A stretch of DNA of 64,000 nucleotides from Octopus vulgaris. Taxonomy: Eukaryota. Both the position numbers and the translations under genes were made by a program. This document shows, one piece after another, positions 1-14,510 of this stretch. The notes under the pieces were generated by a model. The model saw only the letters and a program-made list of their open reading frames with translations, did not search any database and had not been told where the DNA came from. The stretch spans positions 32,488,001 to 32,552,000 of the forward strand of contig OX597819.1 in NCBI GenBank assembly GCA_951406725.2. The letters are read 5' to 3'. Positions within the stretch are counted from its first letter, which is position 1, and each line of letters starts with the position of its first letter.

Positions 1-63
1 GGAAGCAACAGAAAGTAACAACCACACTCTTACCCGCGCGTAGAGCGGGTCACCTTCAGCTAG
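1..63 (+). mobile_element. 3' end of a Helitron-like element
   Basis: GC hairpin ACCCGC-gcgtaga-GCGGGT (32-50), then CTAG at 60-63 followed by T: typical Helitron 3' terminus. Confidence 0.55.
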
Positions 64-229
64 TAATATATATATTTATATTCTTACATACAAAAATACA
101 TATATGCGTATTTATATTTTATGGATATATGCATGAATGTATGTATGTATGTATGTATGTATGTATGTATGTATATGCGTGTCTGCGTGTGAGTGTGAGT
201 GTGTGTGTGTGTGTGCGCGAGTGTGTGTG

Positions 230-475
230 TTTATTGTGTTTGTCCCCACTCAACTGCTTGAAAACCAGCGTTAGTTTCTTTACACATAGACACACACTCA
301 CACACACAAACACACACACACACACATCCTCAGCAGTTTCTGCAAAAGAAATCCGTACAATAAGTACTACACTTTAAAAAAATGAGTACTGTGGTTATTT
401 GTTCGTCGCACACCATTACATGTAGTGCACCAGTATGGCCGTAGTTCAATGACAAAAACTGGTAAAAGTAAAGGA
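230..475 (+). mobile_element. Decayed 3' half of SINE family A
   Basis: aataagtact and ccagtatggccgtagttcaatgac match the tail of the full copies at 2179 and 10833. Confidence 0.6.
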
Positions 476-575
476 TATGAAATGTCGTTGGGAGAAAAGG
501 GTCAATTTGAAATATATTTAATATGTTGGCTTAGACGCCATATTCCATACTGTTACCTTTACTGTCGAAATATCG

Positions 576-1006
576 GGATCTAGGGGTTTCATATGAAATT
601 GTCACCCATAATTATGACCCTAGTATCGAGCTATTGAATTTCAATCTGTTTTAGGATTAGGGTTAGTTAGGGTTAGTTAGGATTAGGGTTGGGGTGAGGG
701 TTAGGCGTGGGGGGAAGGGTATCTTTTTTCTTCACAAATGTAAATAAACCCAATCTGTTTCTTAAACGAGGGACATATTCATACGGCACAGAATGTTTTT
801 TTTTACTTCAATAGACGTCAGTGATTGGTTGAAGTTGCAGAAATTGAAGAAAAAAAACAACAAATATCTTAGAAACTATAGAATTTTCTCAATAAACCCA
901 AAAGAAAAATATGTTTTATAAACACATTCTACCAGTATACGAAGTATAAAATTGTTTAGTTACCTAGAAATTATGTTAAAAACTGCCGCTCAAACCGAAA
1001 AGATCC
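576..1006. mobile_element. Non-autonomous DNA transposon (MITE) with internal TTAGGG-like tract
   Basis: Ends GGATCT...AGATCC; imperfect 8-bp flanking duplication aaatatcg/aaatgtct; degenerate ttaggg tract at ~651-705. Confidence 0.5.
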
Positions 1007-2178
1007 AAATGTCTTTGGAAAGTATCATCTCAGATGTGCGTCATTCTATGCGCTTTTGTCTTTCGCTGGCTCACATCGCATGCGTTTCATAATTTACTGC
1101 CTATTTATAGTGTCACTTGTAAAAAAGATAAAAAATTAAGCTACAATGAATTTTGAATTCATCTTCAGTTGGAAACTTCGTATTTTTCACACCAAGTAAA
1201 ATTTTGTTTAGGATGAATGTATATTCGTTCCGAATCTCTTTGCTGCGCTTTGTTTCCATTTTGTTTATCATATTTTGTAAAAATCACATTGGGTAACTTA
1301 GGGGTAACTTTAAATGCACTTTTTATCTCAAAGATGAACACTGCTGTTAAAGAGGGAAAAATTAAACTTACGACATAGTATTTATTTATATACATATGTG
1401 CGGACATTGCACATGCAAACATACATGCATACATACATATATGCGTACATACTCACATACATATGTGTGTATATGTGTATATATATGTGTGTGTTTATAT
1501 ATGTTTAATAACTTTTTTTTGTCGTATCTAGATTTCCACTGTAAAATTCGATTGAAAATCGGCGCATCCTCTTATCCCTTTCCATGGACATGCCGGCTTT
1601 GTGCCAAAATTTGAAACAACTAATATCTTGACCAAGAACACGACATGTTCTGAGTGACCAAACACGAACCTCTTGCTTCTCATTCTTTTACTGCCATGCA
1701 CCCAACAAACAGACAAAAGTACAACTGTAGTCTAGAAGTTGTAATTTTATAACACTTAATATAAACCAATGAAAAAGCATGGTATAGAAGTTAAATCGCT
1801 ACAAAATCTTTCTTGCTGATCGGGCGAGGTAGTTATCTGGAAAGGCATTTCTCATCACCCTTTTCTGCTTAGCGATCGCCGACAGCGGGTATTTGCCTCT
1901 TGGTTCTACAAGGCCGGTGTGTCCTCGATGTGCCGTCACCACATCGTCTGCCCGCACGTGAGCGCCCTCACCTTTGCTGTCGTTGTCGCACTCCGCCGCG
2001 CGCCCCGACAGCCTCCGTGCTTGCTAGCTCGCTTATATTTCACCGGCGGTGCTCCGGCATGGCCACAGCCTTTGGACTGAAACATAAAAGAATAAAAGAA
2101 AGAATACTTGCTTCTGAAAAGGAAAGATATATTAAATGATGCAGTCCAATGTTATCACCACATGATCATCTACATATA

Positions 2179-2592
2179 GGCGCAGGAGTGGCCGTGTGGT
2201 AAGTAGCTTGCTTACCAACCACATGGTTCCGGGTTCAGTCCCACTGCGTGACATCTTGGGCAAGTGTCTTCTACTTTAGCCTCGGGCCGACCGAAGCTTT
2301 GTGAGTGGATTTGGTAGATGGAAACTGAAAGAAGCCCGTCGTATATATGTATATATATGTGTGTGTGTGTGTGTATGTTTGTGTGTCTGTGTTTGTCCTC
2401 CTAGCACTGCTTGACAACCGATACTGGTGTGTTTATATCCGCGTCACTTAGCGGTTCGGCAAAAAGAGACCGATAGAATAAGTACTAGGCTTACAAAAAG
2501 AAGAAGTCCTGGGGGTCGATCTGCTCGACTTTAAGGCGGTGCTCCAGCATGGCCGCAGTCAAATGACTGAAACAATTAAAAGAGTTAAAGAG
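2179..2592 (+). mobile_element. tRNA-derived SINE family A (CORE-like), full length
   Basis: Pol III A/B-box head (gtggccgtgtggtaag...ggttcagtccc), CORE-like cttgggcaagtgtctt, internal TA/TG microsatellite, tail ccagcatggccgcagtcaaatgactgaaac; many copies in window. Confidence 0.85.
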
Positions 2593-2987
2593 TAATAATA
2601 TAGCAACAACAACAACAGCCACAACAATAACAACAGCATCAGTATCAACAGAAATAAAGATAACGACATAATTTCTAAATTACGATGAAGCAAGCAAGAT
2701 GTCAGGAAGAGAAATCAATGAGGTCTATTCAGTGAATCAATCGTCCATACACTTGATTTAGTTTTACAAATGGAAGAGTTAACAGAATGAATGTTGTGAT
2801 ATTTTTTTTCAATAACCTGTTTTGAAGTGTTCATATGAATTATTAATGACTGAAGCAGGTTTAAGATTGGTCACTACTTACATATTTAATCAATATGATA
2901 ACCTTAACATATTGATTAACTTAGGAATGAAGGAAACACTCAACAAAAGAGTGAGTACATCTTTTTTCTCTCCCACTCCCTCCCACC

Positions 2988-3018
<31 letters not shown>

Positions 3019-3209
3019 CCTCTCTCTATTTCTTTCACTGTCTCACTCTATTTTTTTATTTCCATCCCTTTTTCTCTCAGCCTACATGTAACACACAAGC
3101 AGTTAGATTGGACACGCGCTTACACATACACATAGATGTATATTGTTTTGTCCCAGTATGTCTACTGTCCAATGACTAAATGGAAAAAAAGATAATAATA
3201 ATAATAATG

Positions 3210-3249
<40 letters not shown>

Positions 3250-3311
3250 TAATAATAGTAATGATGATGATCATCATCATCATGATAATAATAATAATAA
3301 TAATAATAATA

Positions 3312-3868
3312 AATGCCCTGATGCAGTACCAGGCAGTGGCTCTCATGGCTTCTCATCTTAACTGATTGGAAGTGTTATCATGTACATTGTTTTGTCTTGG
3401 TATAAAAGATGGGCTACAGCAAATATTCTGCTCAATACCACAGATTTGCTTGTCAGTTGTTTGACCTTTACCAGTTGAGCATGTCCCTTAGTGGCTGACG
3501 ATATGTGCATCTCTGACCACGAGCAGAAGTAGTGGGGGAGCATCATAGCCATGTGTTGAGAGGGATTCTTTGGGGTTTGAATAGTTCACCTCTGGAAACA
3601 TGGGTGGTTCTTTCAACATCCTTAAACAACCCTTATTCAGGGACCGTTTGAGCGGGATGGGCTACTCAACCTGAAGAAAATTCTAACTGGGCCCCACCTG
3701 CAAGGTCATGTGCTGTTTATCTTGATATGAGATCACCATGTCGCGCACATATGGTTGTGATGCATGTGCCTGGTGTACCCTTATCAGACGGGTAGTCATG
3801 ATGGGTATATTGGGCTTCGTATATTTTACCCCAGTGTCACTTTGATGGCATGAACTGCTCTCTCACTC
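3312..3868 (+). mobile_element. ~555-bp non-coding (TAA)n-inserted element, copy 1 (full length)
   Basis: Flanked by (TAA)n on both sides; homologous to reverse-complement copies at 6821, 24588 and 25231. Confidence 0.85.
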
Positions 3869-3932
3869 AATAATAATAATAAAAATGATAATAATAGTAA
3901 TGATGATGATGATCATCATCATGATAATAATG

Positions 3933-3990
<58 letters not shown>

Positions 3991-4052
3991 TAATAAGAAT
4001 GATAGTAATGTTGATGACGATGATGATAATAATAATGAAAGTTACTACTACA

Positions 4053-4092
<40 letters not shown>

Positions 4093-4111
4093 TTCTACTA
4101 CTTTAATAATG

Positions 4112-4531
<420 letters not shown>

Positions 4532-5897
4532 GAACAACAATAACAACAAGAACATCAATAATGATTTATATAGTGATAAGTCTACAAGTCAAATCGATTT
4601 CATCGATCCAGTACTTGTCTGATGCTTATTTTATCGACATTCGATGAATGGGATATAAAGTAATCCTGGCAGGATTTGAACTGGAAAAAAATCCCTTATA
4701 ATTATAGTAATATTAATGATAAGGTCACTAATAATCGCTGCCATAACTGGTATATTACCAATACCTCTGTAATAGTAACATCAGCCCCAGTTACTACTGT
4801 TTAGGAAATATAGTCCATCAGTATTCATTCACATGGCAATGTAGCCCTTTGTGAATCATAATTTTATATTTGAAGACAATGAAGAATATAAAGGCTACTG
4901 TTTACTTTGACAGCACCCATAATGTGGCTAATACAATTATTGATGGTGGCGTAGATGCTACTAATACGAGCAATCATGCACCCAGTAAGAGTACCATTAA
5001 CGCCAACTATAATAATTTGGGTGCCTGTATTCTAATCATTAAACAAACAATCATGCTAATTTCAATGACTGCCGTGGATGATAATGCGCCGTTCAAAATA
5101 CGCAATAAGACATGCAATATCAGAGTACTTAGTAATTGCCTAATGAAAGGCAAATGCTTATATGAATATACCGTTAACACCACACGGGTCAACTTCACTA
5201 GAATTTACATTGGTGGAATGATTGAGCTTATTTTGTACATTTGAGCTCTTTCTCCGTTATCTTCTACATTTGAGCTCTTTCCCACTTGTTACTAGAAAAC
5301 ACTCTACCTCTCTCGCCATCCGTACAACTACCTTAAAGCTGAGAGTACCTGCTACAAGCTCTCTTGTGGAGCTCCACGTATAGCGAACAGACGACATTGT
5401 AAATTTTGTTGCCATGAATCACTCGCAATACTACGTCAGAGAGACGACTCCCCACTTAATTGCTTCTCTGATATAATTACCATGTTCAGAAATGAATTAA
5501 ACCAAACGTTTTCTGATTCCCACAAATCCTAATATTTGAATCACAAAAGCCAAAGGTTCTTTTCTACCACATATAATACGCCACCTATAATCCAACAGTT
5601 TTTCGAAATCAGTGACAGTGGTTACTGGGGAAAACATTAAATAGATATTCGCAAACAGGTCTCTCTCATCGAAAACCGGTGATTACCGTACGTTGACAAG
5701 AGGCAAATTACCTCGAAACTGCAGTCCGTGCGTATCACTTAGGTTTACAAGAGAGGGATGACCCCCCTTTGCAAATATCATAAAGGCACAGAAAGTGTGT
5801 CTAAAGCCAGCTGGAGACGATGATCTCCTGGGGCTAAAAGCTACAGTAACACCCACCCTTAGTGGTTAGCCATATTGAAATGGATAGTATGCTTTAC

Positions 5898-5934
<37 letters not shown>

Positions 5935-5996
5935 TGTATATATATGTATGCATGTATATATATTTACATATACATACATATATATATATATATATT

Positions 5997-6807
<811 letters not shown>

Positions 6808-6820
6808 TATTATTATTATT

Positions 6821-7337
6821 GAGTGAGAGAGCAGTTCATGCCATCAAAGTGACACTGGGGTAAAATATACGAAGCCCAATATACCCATCATGACTACCCG
6901 TCTGATAAGGGTACACCAGGCACATGCATCACAACCATATGTGCGCGACATGGTGATCTCATAAAAAGATAAACAGCACATGATCTTGCAGGTGGGGCCC
7001 AGTTAGAATATTCTTCTGATTGAGTAGCCCATCCCGCTCAAAAGGTCCCTGAATAAGGGTTGTATAAGGATGTTGAAAGAACCACCCATGTTTCCAGAGG
7101 TGAATTATTCAAATTCCAAAGAATCCCTCTCAATACAAGGCTATGCTGCTCCCCCACTACTTCTGCTCGTTATCAGAGATGCACATATCGTCAGCCACTA
7201 AGGGACATAGGGACATGCTCAACTGGTTAAAGTCAAACAACTGACAAGCAAATCTGTGGTATTGAGCAGAATATTTGCTGTAGCCCATCTTTTATACCAA
7301 GACAAAACAATGTACATGATAACACTTCCAATCAGTT
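6821..7337 (-). mobile_element. ~555-bp (TAA)n-inserted element, copy 2 (5'-truncated by ~45 nt)
   Basis: Reverse complement of copy 1 with the same 3' end; TTA arrays on both sides. Confidence 0.85.
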
Positions 7338-7378
7338 ATTATTATTATTATTGTTGTTGTTGTTGTTGTTGTTGTTAT

Positions 7379-7428
<50 letters not shown>

Positions 7429-9220
7429 CTAAATATACTACTATTTTCATTTCTTTGTTTAAAAATATTTTTTTCTGAAAGGAACGAGTCTTGTTAGCGA
7501 TTGACAGTCGTATTTAAGTCAGGAAAACAAAAGCTATATCATTTGCACGCGCGCGCGCGTGTGTGTATGCACGTTCATGCATGTGTGTGTGCGTATGCAT
7601 GCACGTTCGTGTGCGTGCGTGCGTGCGCGTGTCTGTGTGTGTTTGTGTGTGTACTTCTGTGTACATGTACATGTTTGTTCTTGTGTGTATGTACTTGAGT
7701 GAGTGTGTGTGTCTGTGTGTGTGTTGTATGTGTGTGTCTGCGATCGCCCATAATTTAAAAATAATACACAGCAAATTTAGTATTCCGTTCTTTATCTTGT
7801 TTCCCCTTTTACTATGTAAGCTCTTAAATTAAGTAAACAAAAAAGTTTCTCCCAAAATTTCAACAAAAATTTGTAGCTTCATTTCAATCAATATACATAT
7901 TATCCTGGCCATTGCGAACTCTCTCACTATAGATTTACTACAGCAATGATTCTTTGACTTTCACTCAACTACATTTAACGTCTCTGACTGTAATTCACTT
8001 CCCTTCCTTCTGTATTTCTGTGTCACCCTGTATCATCAAGATCACGATCAAAAACCCATTGTAAATTACCATACGTGATTAGTCTATGTTATATACTTAT
8101 TTATAAATTGTGATCTATTGCTGCTGAATTAATTCATGTCATGTCGTCAACATTATTCCATTATGTAAATTAATTCGACATCCGCATTTTGCTTAAATTT
8201 AAATAAAATAACCTAGGAGTCGCAAGCTGGTTTTGTTCTCTTTTTACTGAAATATTTCCTTTTAGCTTTACTTCTATCTCTCTCTCTCCCCTCTCTCTCT
8301 CACCCTCTCTCTCTCTCATACACACACACAAATGGAAACTTAATAAAATGCAAACAAAAATGTACCCAACAACAACTCTAATATTGCCATATTGTTGTTA
8401 AATATTTCTAACTTATTTGAACTTCAGATGATTTGATCAAAATGTCAACGTTGTTGAATGTGCGCAGCATTGCATAGCTTTCAATAAACCTTTGGCAAAT
8501 CTGAAGATGTTTTTCAATTGAACAATAGAATCCATCTTACCTTTAAATGATGATGATGATAATGATGACGACGACAACGACGACGACGACGATGATGATG
8601 ATGATGACATTGATAAAAATAATAAAAAGTAGTTTAAGTATTAGTTCACATAAATTTCTCCTACTTTCCATAATGTATATCCAATAGATAATTAACATTA
8701 TTGTTATTTATGAATTTATAGAATTAAGAATTTGAAAATGGTTGACTCGAAGAAAAGTGGGATAAAAGCAAATGAGATTTTAAATAAAATAGCCTTGATG
8801 AAAGAAAGAAATGTAAGGTTAGCATGAAATAAGATTAATATTTGTAAATCTCGTATTCCGAAGACTTCTGTTGCCAAATAATGAACTAGCTTAAAGAATA
8901 GAAAAAAATACATTAACACCAGAAACTAGAAACTATTGATAAAATATTCAAATAGAATTATTAAGGACATTGTTAATTGTATGCGATTTATAGGTACTGG
9001 AAATTAAAGACTATTTTTGCACTTTAAATAAGGCGTACTTTTTAGGAAAAGGTATTCATTCCACATAAAATTAATCGCCACATCGATATGGCTGTTCAAT
9101 GTTATTACTATTTTAACCCCAGGCAGATATTCTGTAAGCTAGTGATAGGTGCAGCCTGCACCCTGTATCTATTGCAAGCAGGGGAGTGAATCCCTATCAC
9201 CCTCAAGCAGACTACGGGAT

Positions 9221-9268
9221 CGTAATACCGACTCGGTTTCGAGCTAGTTTTGCTCATCCTCAGTCGCG
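9221..9268 (-). ncRNA. Type-I hammerhead ribozyme motif
   Basis: Minus strand cgcga-CUGAGGA-u-gagc(aaaacua)gcuc-GAAA-ccgagucgg-UA-uuacg; stems II and III pair, stem I has one mismatch. Confidence 0.8.
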
Positions 9269-9532
9269 AACACCCGGTCACTATTTTTCTCTAACCTTTA
9301 ATGAAACTAATATACCCCAGCCTGCAAACTGAACACTTTTTTATCTCCACAATTTTTCCTCCATAAAACTAGAAACCTCTTCAATTTCTCTTCATTCTGG
9401 ATTTGTTTTCACACAGGCACAGACCAATGGATGTCCTATACTAATATACACCACATTAGTCTAACCAATCTTGGAAGTCTTGAAAATGTCATGGACACTG
9501 TTCCCCTGCTCATTTTAGTGGATCCAATAGTC

Positions 9533-9962
9533 TCTCTTTTACTCTTTTAATTGTTTCAGTCATTTGACTGCGGCTATGCTGGAGTGCCACCTTTAATCGA
9601 GCAAATACCACCTTTAATCTCAGGACTTATTCTTTGGAAGCCTAGTACTTATTATATCGGATTCTTTTATCGAACCGCTAAGTTACGGGGACGTAAACAC
9701 ACCAGCATCGATTGTCAAGCGATGTGTGTGTGTGTGTGGGGGGGGGGGCAGACACAGACACACAAACATATACACACACATACATTTATATATATATACA
9801 TATATACGACGGGCTCCTTTCAGTTTCCGTCAACCAAATCCACTCACAAGGCTTTGTTCGGCCCGAGGCTATAGTAGAAGACACTTGCTCAAGGTGCCAT
9901 GCAGTTGGACTGAACCCAGAACCATGTGGTTTGTAAGCAAACTACATACCACACAGCCACTC
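9533..9962 (-). mobile_element. SINE family A
   Basis: Reverse complement of the 2179 copy. Confidence 0.85.
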
Positions 9963-10104
9963 ATGCAAAGTGTTCATTGATATTTGGTAAATTCCAATGA
10001 TTCATCGAAACAAAATATGTGATCCACAGACTTACCGTTTCCTCGATCACCATTATCCTCTCAACCTCTGGCTCACAGATATACTGATCTGTCCATTCTG
10101 AGCG

Positions 10105-10388
10105 AGATACCAACAAAACCCCTTGCAAGACCAAAGATGAAGTGCAGGCAAGGATTATGGCAGAATTGGCCAACTTAATCTAAGAGAGCATCCAGAAGAG
10201 TTACAAGAGATTCCGAAATCATCTGGAGGTCGTGGCTGAAGCCAATGACGGTTTTAGTGAATAGAATTTTTCTTAGTATTTCAAGATATTTTCATGTAAT
10301 TTTGGTAAATATATTTTCTTAAAATGAGATGTCAGTGTTATTTTCATTTTTGCGTAATTTAAACGACAATTTAGTCACCCCACACTTT
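10105..10388 (+). mobile_element. 3' end of a maT/mariner element
   Basis: Reverse-complement match to ~53030-53300. Confidence 0.7.
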
Positions 10389-10429
10389 GTATGTGTGTGT
10401 GTGTGTGTGAGTATGTTGGTGTGTTTGTG

Positions 10430-10630
10430 GCTTCTGTCTGTGTTTGCGCACCCCTATTACCGCTTGACAACCTGTGTTGGAACTTTTACGATCCCCTTAA
10501 TTTGCGGTTCTGCAAAAGAAACCGATAGAATAAGTACTAGGCTTAAGAAAGAAGTCCTGAAGTTGATTTGTTCGACTAAGACACTTCAAGGTCGTGTTCC
10601 AGTATGGCCGCAGCCAAAGAATAAAAGTAT
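10430..10630 (+). mobile_element. SINE family A, 3' half
   Basis: accgatagaataagtactaggctt and ccagtatggccgcag. Confidence 0.7.
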
Positions 10631-10832
10631 AGAATTGTAAACTGTCTCTACAAACTCGAGTGATATAATTTTCGGAACAAGAAAATACTTTGTCTTGTTA
10701 CTGTATATCTGCCCACCATACATTGGGTGTGTTGTCCTTGTTGATGGTATGAGCTAATTTTTCGAACTTACTATAATTAGAGTTGTGTATAAATTCTAAC
10801 AATTTAATTTTAACAATATAAATTCTAACAAT

Positions 10833-11012
10833 AGGCGCAGGAGTGGCTGTGTGGTAAGTAGCTTGCTAACGAACCACATGGTTCCGGGTTCAGTCCCACT
10901 GCGTGGCATCTTGGGCAAGTGTCTTCTGCTATAGCCTCGGGCCGACCAATGCCTTGTGAGTGGATTTGGTAGACGGAAACCTGTCGTATATATGTATATA
11001 TATATATGTATA

Positions 11013-11043
<31 letters not shown>

Positions 11044-11255
11044 TTGTGTGTCTGTGTTTGTCCCCCTAGCATTGCTTGACAACCGATGCTGGTGTGTTTA
11101 CGTCCCCGTCACTTAGCGGTTCGGCAAAAGAGACCGATAGAATAAGTACTGGGCTTACAAAGAATAAGTCTCGGGGTCGATTTGCTCGAGTAAAGGCGGT
11201 GCTCCAGCATGGCCGCAGTCAAATGACTGAAACAAGTAAAAAAAGAGTAAAATGA
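10833..11255 (+). mobile_element. SINE family A, full length
   Basis: Head, CORE-like box, microsatellite and tail as at 2179. Confidence 0.85.
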
Positions 11256-12306
11256 GTAATGCTTGTCCAAGCCATTTTTACCAAGTACTCTTTTCGAAGC
11301 AGCATGAGCATGTGATCCAATTTTTCTATTCCAGTCAATATATTTATCTAGATTTCATTAACAATTGTGCATTACTTTCTTTTTTCAATTATCATTTTTA
11401 TTTTCATAGTAATTCTCTACTTCAGCATTATAGCTGGAATATAAATTTTGGATTATTATGATACTCTATGGTTTAACTGCCTGTCCTATTGTGTATATTT
11501 TGTTGTAGAACTGTGCACAATGTATTATAGACCATAAAAGGCATCTTTATACACAGTGGAACCTAAATCCTTTTCATGCTTGCTTTCCTCCCTTCGAAGC
11601 TGTATTTTATGTCCATTATCTGTCATGATATATCTACATCTTGTTTCAGCAATCTCTACAATATTCCAAGAATATCTCGATATCTCTTTATCGCATCAGT
11701 TATATATTGTACTTCTCCACATAAATAAAATACTCGTACACAGCAAGGTTAAACTATAAAGGTTTTACATTGTTTTAATTTTTAGTTTGGTTCTTCAGCA
11801 TATTTATCGACACGTTCCTTTGAAAAACCTTGTAACAAGCAACTGAAACCACGGTCGTTTTTTCCCCAAACTCAAACAGATACCGTAAAGGCATTTGCAT
11901 TTAGTTTTACCATAATACCTGTTTCAACAGATAGATACCTGGTGTTTCCTGTCTCCTCTCCAGCTATGGAACATCCATGGCTTTTCTGCGACGAGCTCTT
12001 CAAGCCTCTGATAGGTTTTATTTTTAATCCTGCTGGACCAAAGTCTTATAACTGTATTTGGTAGACGGAAACTGAAAGAAGCCCATCGTATATATAGATA
12101 TATATATACATAATTAAAAAGGGTAATAACATAAGTTATTATTACCAGTGGCCTAGCACAAAAGACGAATTAGTCATTAGACAATATATTTTTCGTATAG
12201 AAATATAATAAAGGCTCCCAAATAAGGAAGTAAGTGCTAGAAACACAAAGAGGGATAAATTCATCAAAGGAATGATAATCAAAAACATTTACCATTATAG
12301 ATGTAT

Positions 12307-12382
12307 CCCAGACTGATCAGTTTCTACCTCTTTTTAGCAAAACATACAGAATATGTTTGCCCAGGCAAGGTTCGTCAGTGGG
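12307..12382 (-). ncRNA. Type-I hammerhead ribozyme in PLE pLTR
   Basis: ccca-CUGACGA-accu...gcaaacaua/uauguuuugc...aggu-a-GAAA-CUGAUCAG-UC-uggg; palindromic stem III; GUC site, cut predicted between 12311 and 12310. Confidence 0.85.
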
Positions 12383-12499
12383 TAGCCTTCTAAATCCTAG
12401 ATGCATAGAGCGTTAGAGCACGTGTAGCTCTAACGGTTTGTAAATCTGAACTTTCCAAACCTCCGCGCAGACACAAAACATACCTGGCGGCCGAGTTTT

Positions 12500-13545
12500 A
12501 GATTGTTTAGAATATAAGCTCCTATGAGCATACATAACTCAGCCCCGTCCTATGCTCCCATCGGTACATCGAAAAGAGAATCCTCACTCTTCTTAACCCA
12601 GGTGGAATCCTCGTAAAAATGAAGTGATTTCCTCGCATGTATGATAATATCAATTTCCGAGTTATCGATGTTGATAATGATTTTAGGAGTAAAGTGCTAG
12701 ATATTGACGGGTAAAAGTCAATAATATAAAACTGCGTAAAATTGCAGTTATGCTTATAGCTAATCCCTTTAAACCAATCTATAACTGACTTACTATTCTT
12801 CCAAATTCTCAAATCTAATTCACTATCTAACTTAGTTAAAATACGGTCCAAAATATATTTGCTGATATTACCTATTTCAGTTTTAGCCAGATTAATCAAT
12901 CTACATTTGGGGTTTCTATTAAAATTGGCTTTATGGTCTATCAGGGTAATAAAAGCGGGTCGAGAGGGGAAAGATATTCTATCCTATCGCTAATCTTAAG
13001 ATTGTTAGCTATTCTTCTTGCCTCCAAATTCACCACTTTGTATATATTTGTGTTGTCTTTTTGTATGTATCTTTGATGCTATTCGAAATTAGACGCTTGT
13101 AATTGTCCTTATCAAATGCATATAAGTTTCTTGTCTTATCAGAATTAATGATCTTATTCGAGTTGTTAATTTCCTTAATTTTTTCTTTCATATTTCTCTG
13201 TAATTGGTTGCTATATTTACGGAATCTAATTTTTCTACTAAGTTCGAAAAGGTCTTTCTCGAAGGCTTCTAATTCCGGAATAGGTGGTGGGTTCCTGGAA
13301 GATTTAAGTCCGTATTTGTTTCCGTTGGTGTTCTGTTTAGTATCAAAGAAGAAGGCTTTCCATCTCAATCTACGAACAAACTCTTCTGTTTTCTCTTTAA
13401 CACTTTTGAGATATTGTTTTTGTGTAGGGATAGATATATTTTTCTGAGAAAAATCCAGTGGGTTGAGTTCCAGCTTTTTCAGCTGTTTCTTCTTCCTACT
13501 TGTGTAGAGCCGGACAAACTTTTCTAAGAAAGGAGCGGGTTGCAC
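12500..13545 (-). pseudogene. Frameshifted Penelope-like reverse transcriptase (N-terminal half)
   Basis: PLE RT motifs split over several frames; the catalytic DD motif and endonuclease are missing. Confidence 0.75.
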
Positions 13546-13674
13546 CGCATGAATTAAAATTCTTTTAGATATTTTAACATCTTCTTTTCTCCATTTTTAA
13601 CAAATCTGTTGAGTTTTATGGGATTTCTTTCCATAAATTCACAACACACCATATACAATTATGTATATATATAT

Positions 13675-13882
13675 AAAGTTAATCCAAACATGAAAACACA
13701 AAGAGAAAACACTACAACGCGAGGACGTGGAACAAGTATAGTATTATTGGACGCCCAGGAAAGAAGGAGGGTTTAACGTTTCGAGCGGAGCTCTTCGTCA
13801 GAAACATAGGAAAAGGAAAGATCCAAAGAAGGGAAGACGGAGGAAAAAAATCGCCAACGGTACACACGCAGTCACATTTTGA
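13675..13882 (-). mobile_element. Short ORF-less pLTR-like element in (TA)n
   Basis: Homologous to 20394-20595; contains a minimal hammerhead; microsatellite on both sides. Confidence 0.7.
13771..13805 (-). ncRNA. Minimal type-I hammerhead ribozyme
   Basis: guuu-CUGACGA-a-gagc(ucc)gcuc-GAAA-CG-UU-aaac; stem III reduced to the ACGU palindrome. Confidence 0.8.
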
Positions 13883-13927
13883 ATGTATATATATGTACAT
13901 ACACACACACACATCTATCTATCTATG

Positions 13928-14056
<129 letters not shown>

Positions 14057-14218
14057 GTACATACTTGTAAATGATGTGTTGTGAATTTATGGAAAGAAAT
14101 CCCATAAAATTCAAATTTTGTTAAAAATGGAGAAGAGAAGATGTTAAAACATATAAGAGAATCTTAATTCATGCAGAAGATCGTTTCCTACAGAGATATA
14201 AAAATCATGCAAAATTAT

Positions 14219-14510
14219 GGTGGCTGTGTGGTAAGTAGCTTGCTTACGAACCACATGGTTCCGGGGTTCATTCCCACTGTGTGGCACCAACTATAGCCTC
14301 GGGCCGACCAAAGCCTTGTGAGTGTATTTGGTAGACGGAAACTGAAAGAATCCTGTGGTATATATGCACATATAAATGTATGTGTGTGTATATATATTTG
14401 AGTGTCTGTGTGTCCCCCCTCCCCCAACATCGCTTGATAACCGATGCTGGTGTGTTTACGTCCCCGTAACTTAACGGTTCGTCAAAAGAGACCGATAGAA
14501 TAAGTACTTT
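14219..14510 (+). mobile_element. SINE family A (partial)
   Basis: Head and body match 10833; tail missing. Confidence 0.8.

Larger units (their letters stand above)
12121..13652 (-). mobile_element. Penelope-like element remnant: N-terminus and first half of RT joined to a 3' pLTR
   Basis: ORFs 13545-13030 (RRLRWKAFFF, FEKDL, SDKT) and 12899-12522 (LINLAKTEIG.ISK, F.IIDFYPSI), then a frameshifted MGA.DGAE motif; pLTR carries a hammerhead. Confidence 0.8.

Noticed and set aside
651-705. True telomere
   Set aside because: Short, degenerate and internal to a MITE-like element
2179-2250. tRNA genes at SINE heads
   Set aside because: A/B boxes present but no full cloverleaf; they continue into repeated SINE bodies
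3478-3603. Type-III hammerhead-like arrangement in the 555-bp element (caugUC-cc...gg-CUGACGA...GAAAcaug)
   Set aside because: Stem I has only 2 bp and no stem II closes next to the core across a ~95-nt gap; likely coincidence
3312-3650. HDV-like ribozyme at the 5' end of the 555-bp element
   Set aside because: Could not build the nested P1/P2/P3/P1.1 pseudoknot by eye; a descriptor search would be needed
11260-11760. Very decayed LINE endonuclease on the minus strand (similar hint at 44480-45100)
   Set aside because: Only scattered weak motif resemblance; not supportable without a search
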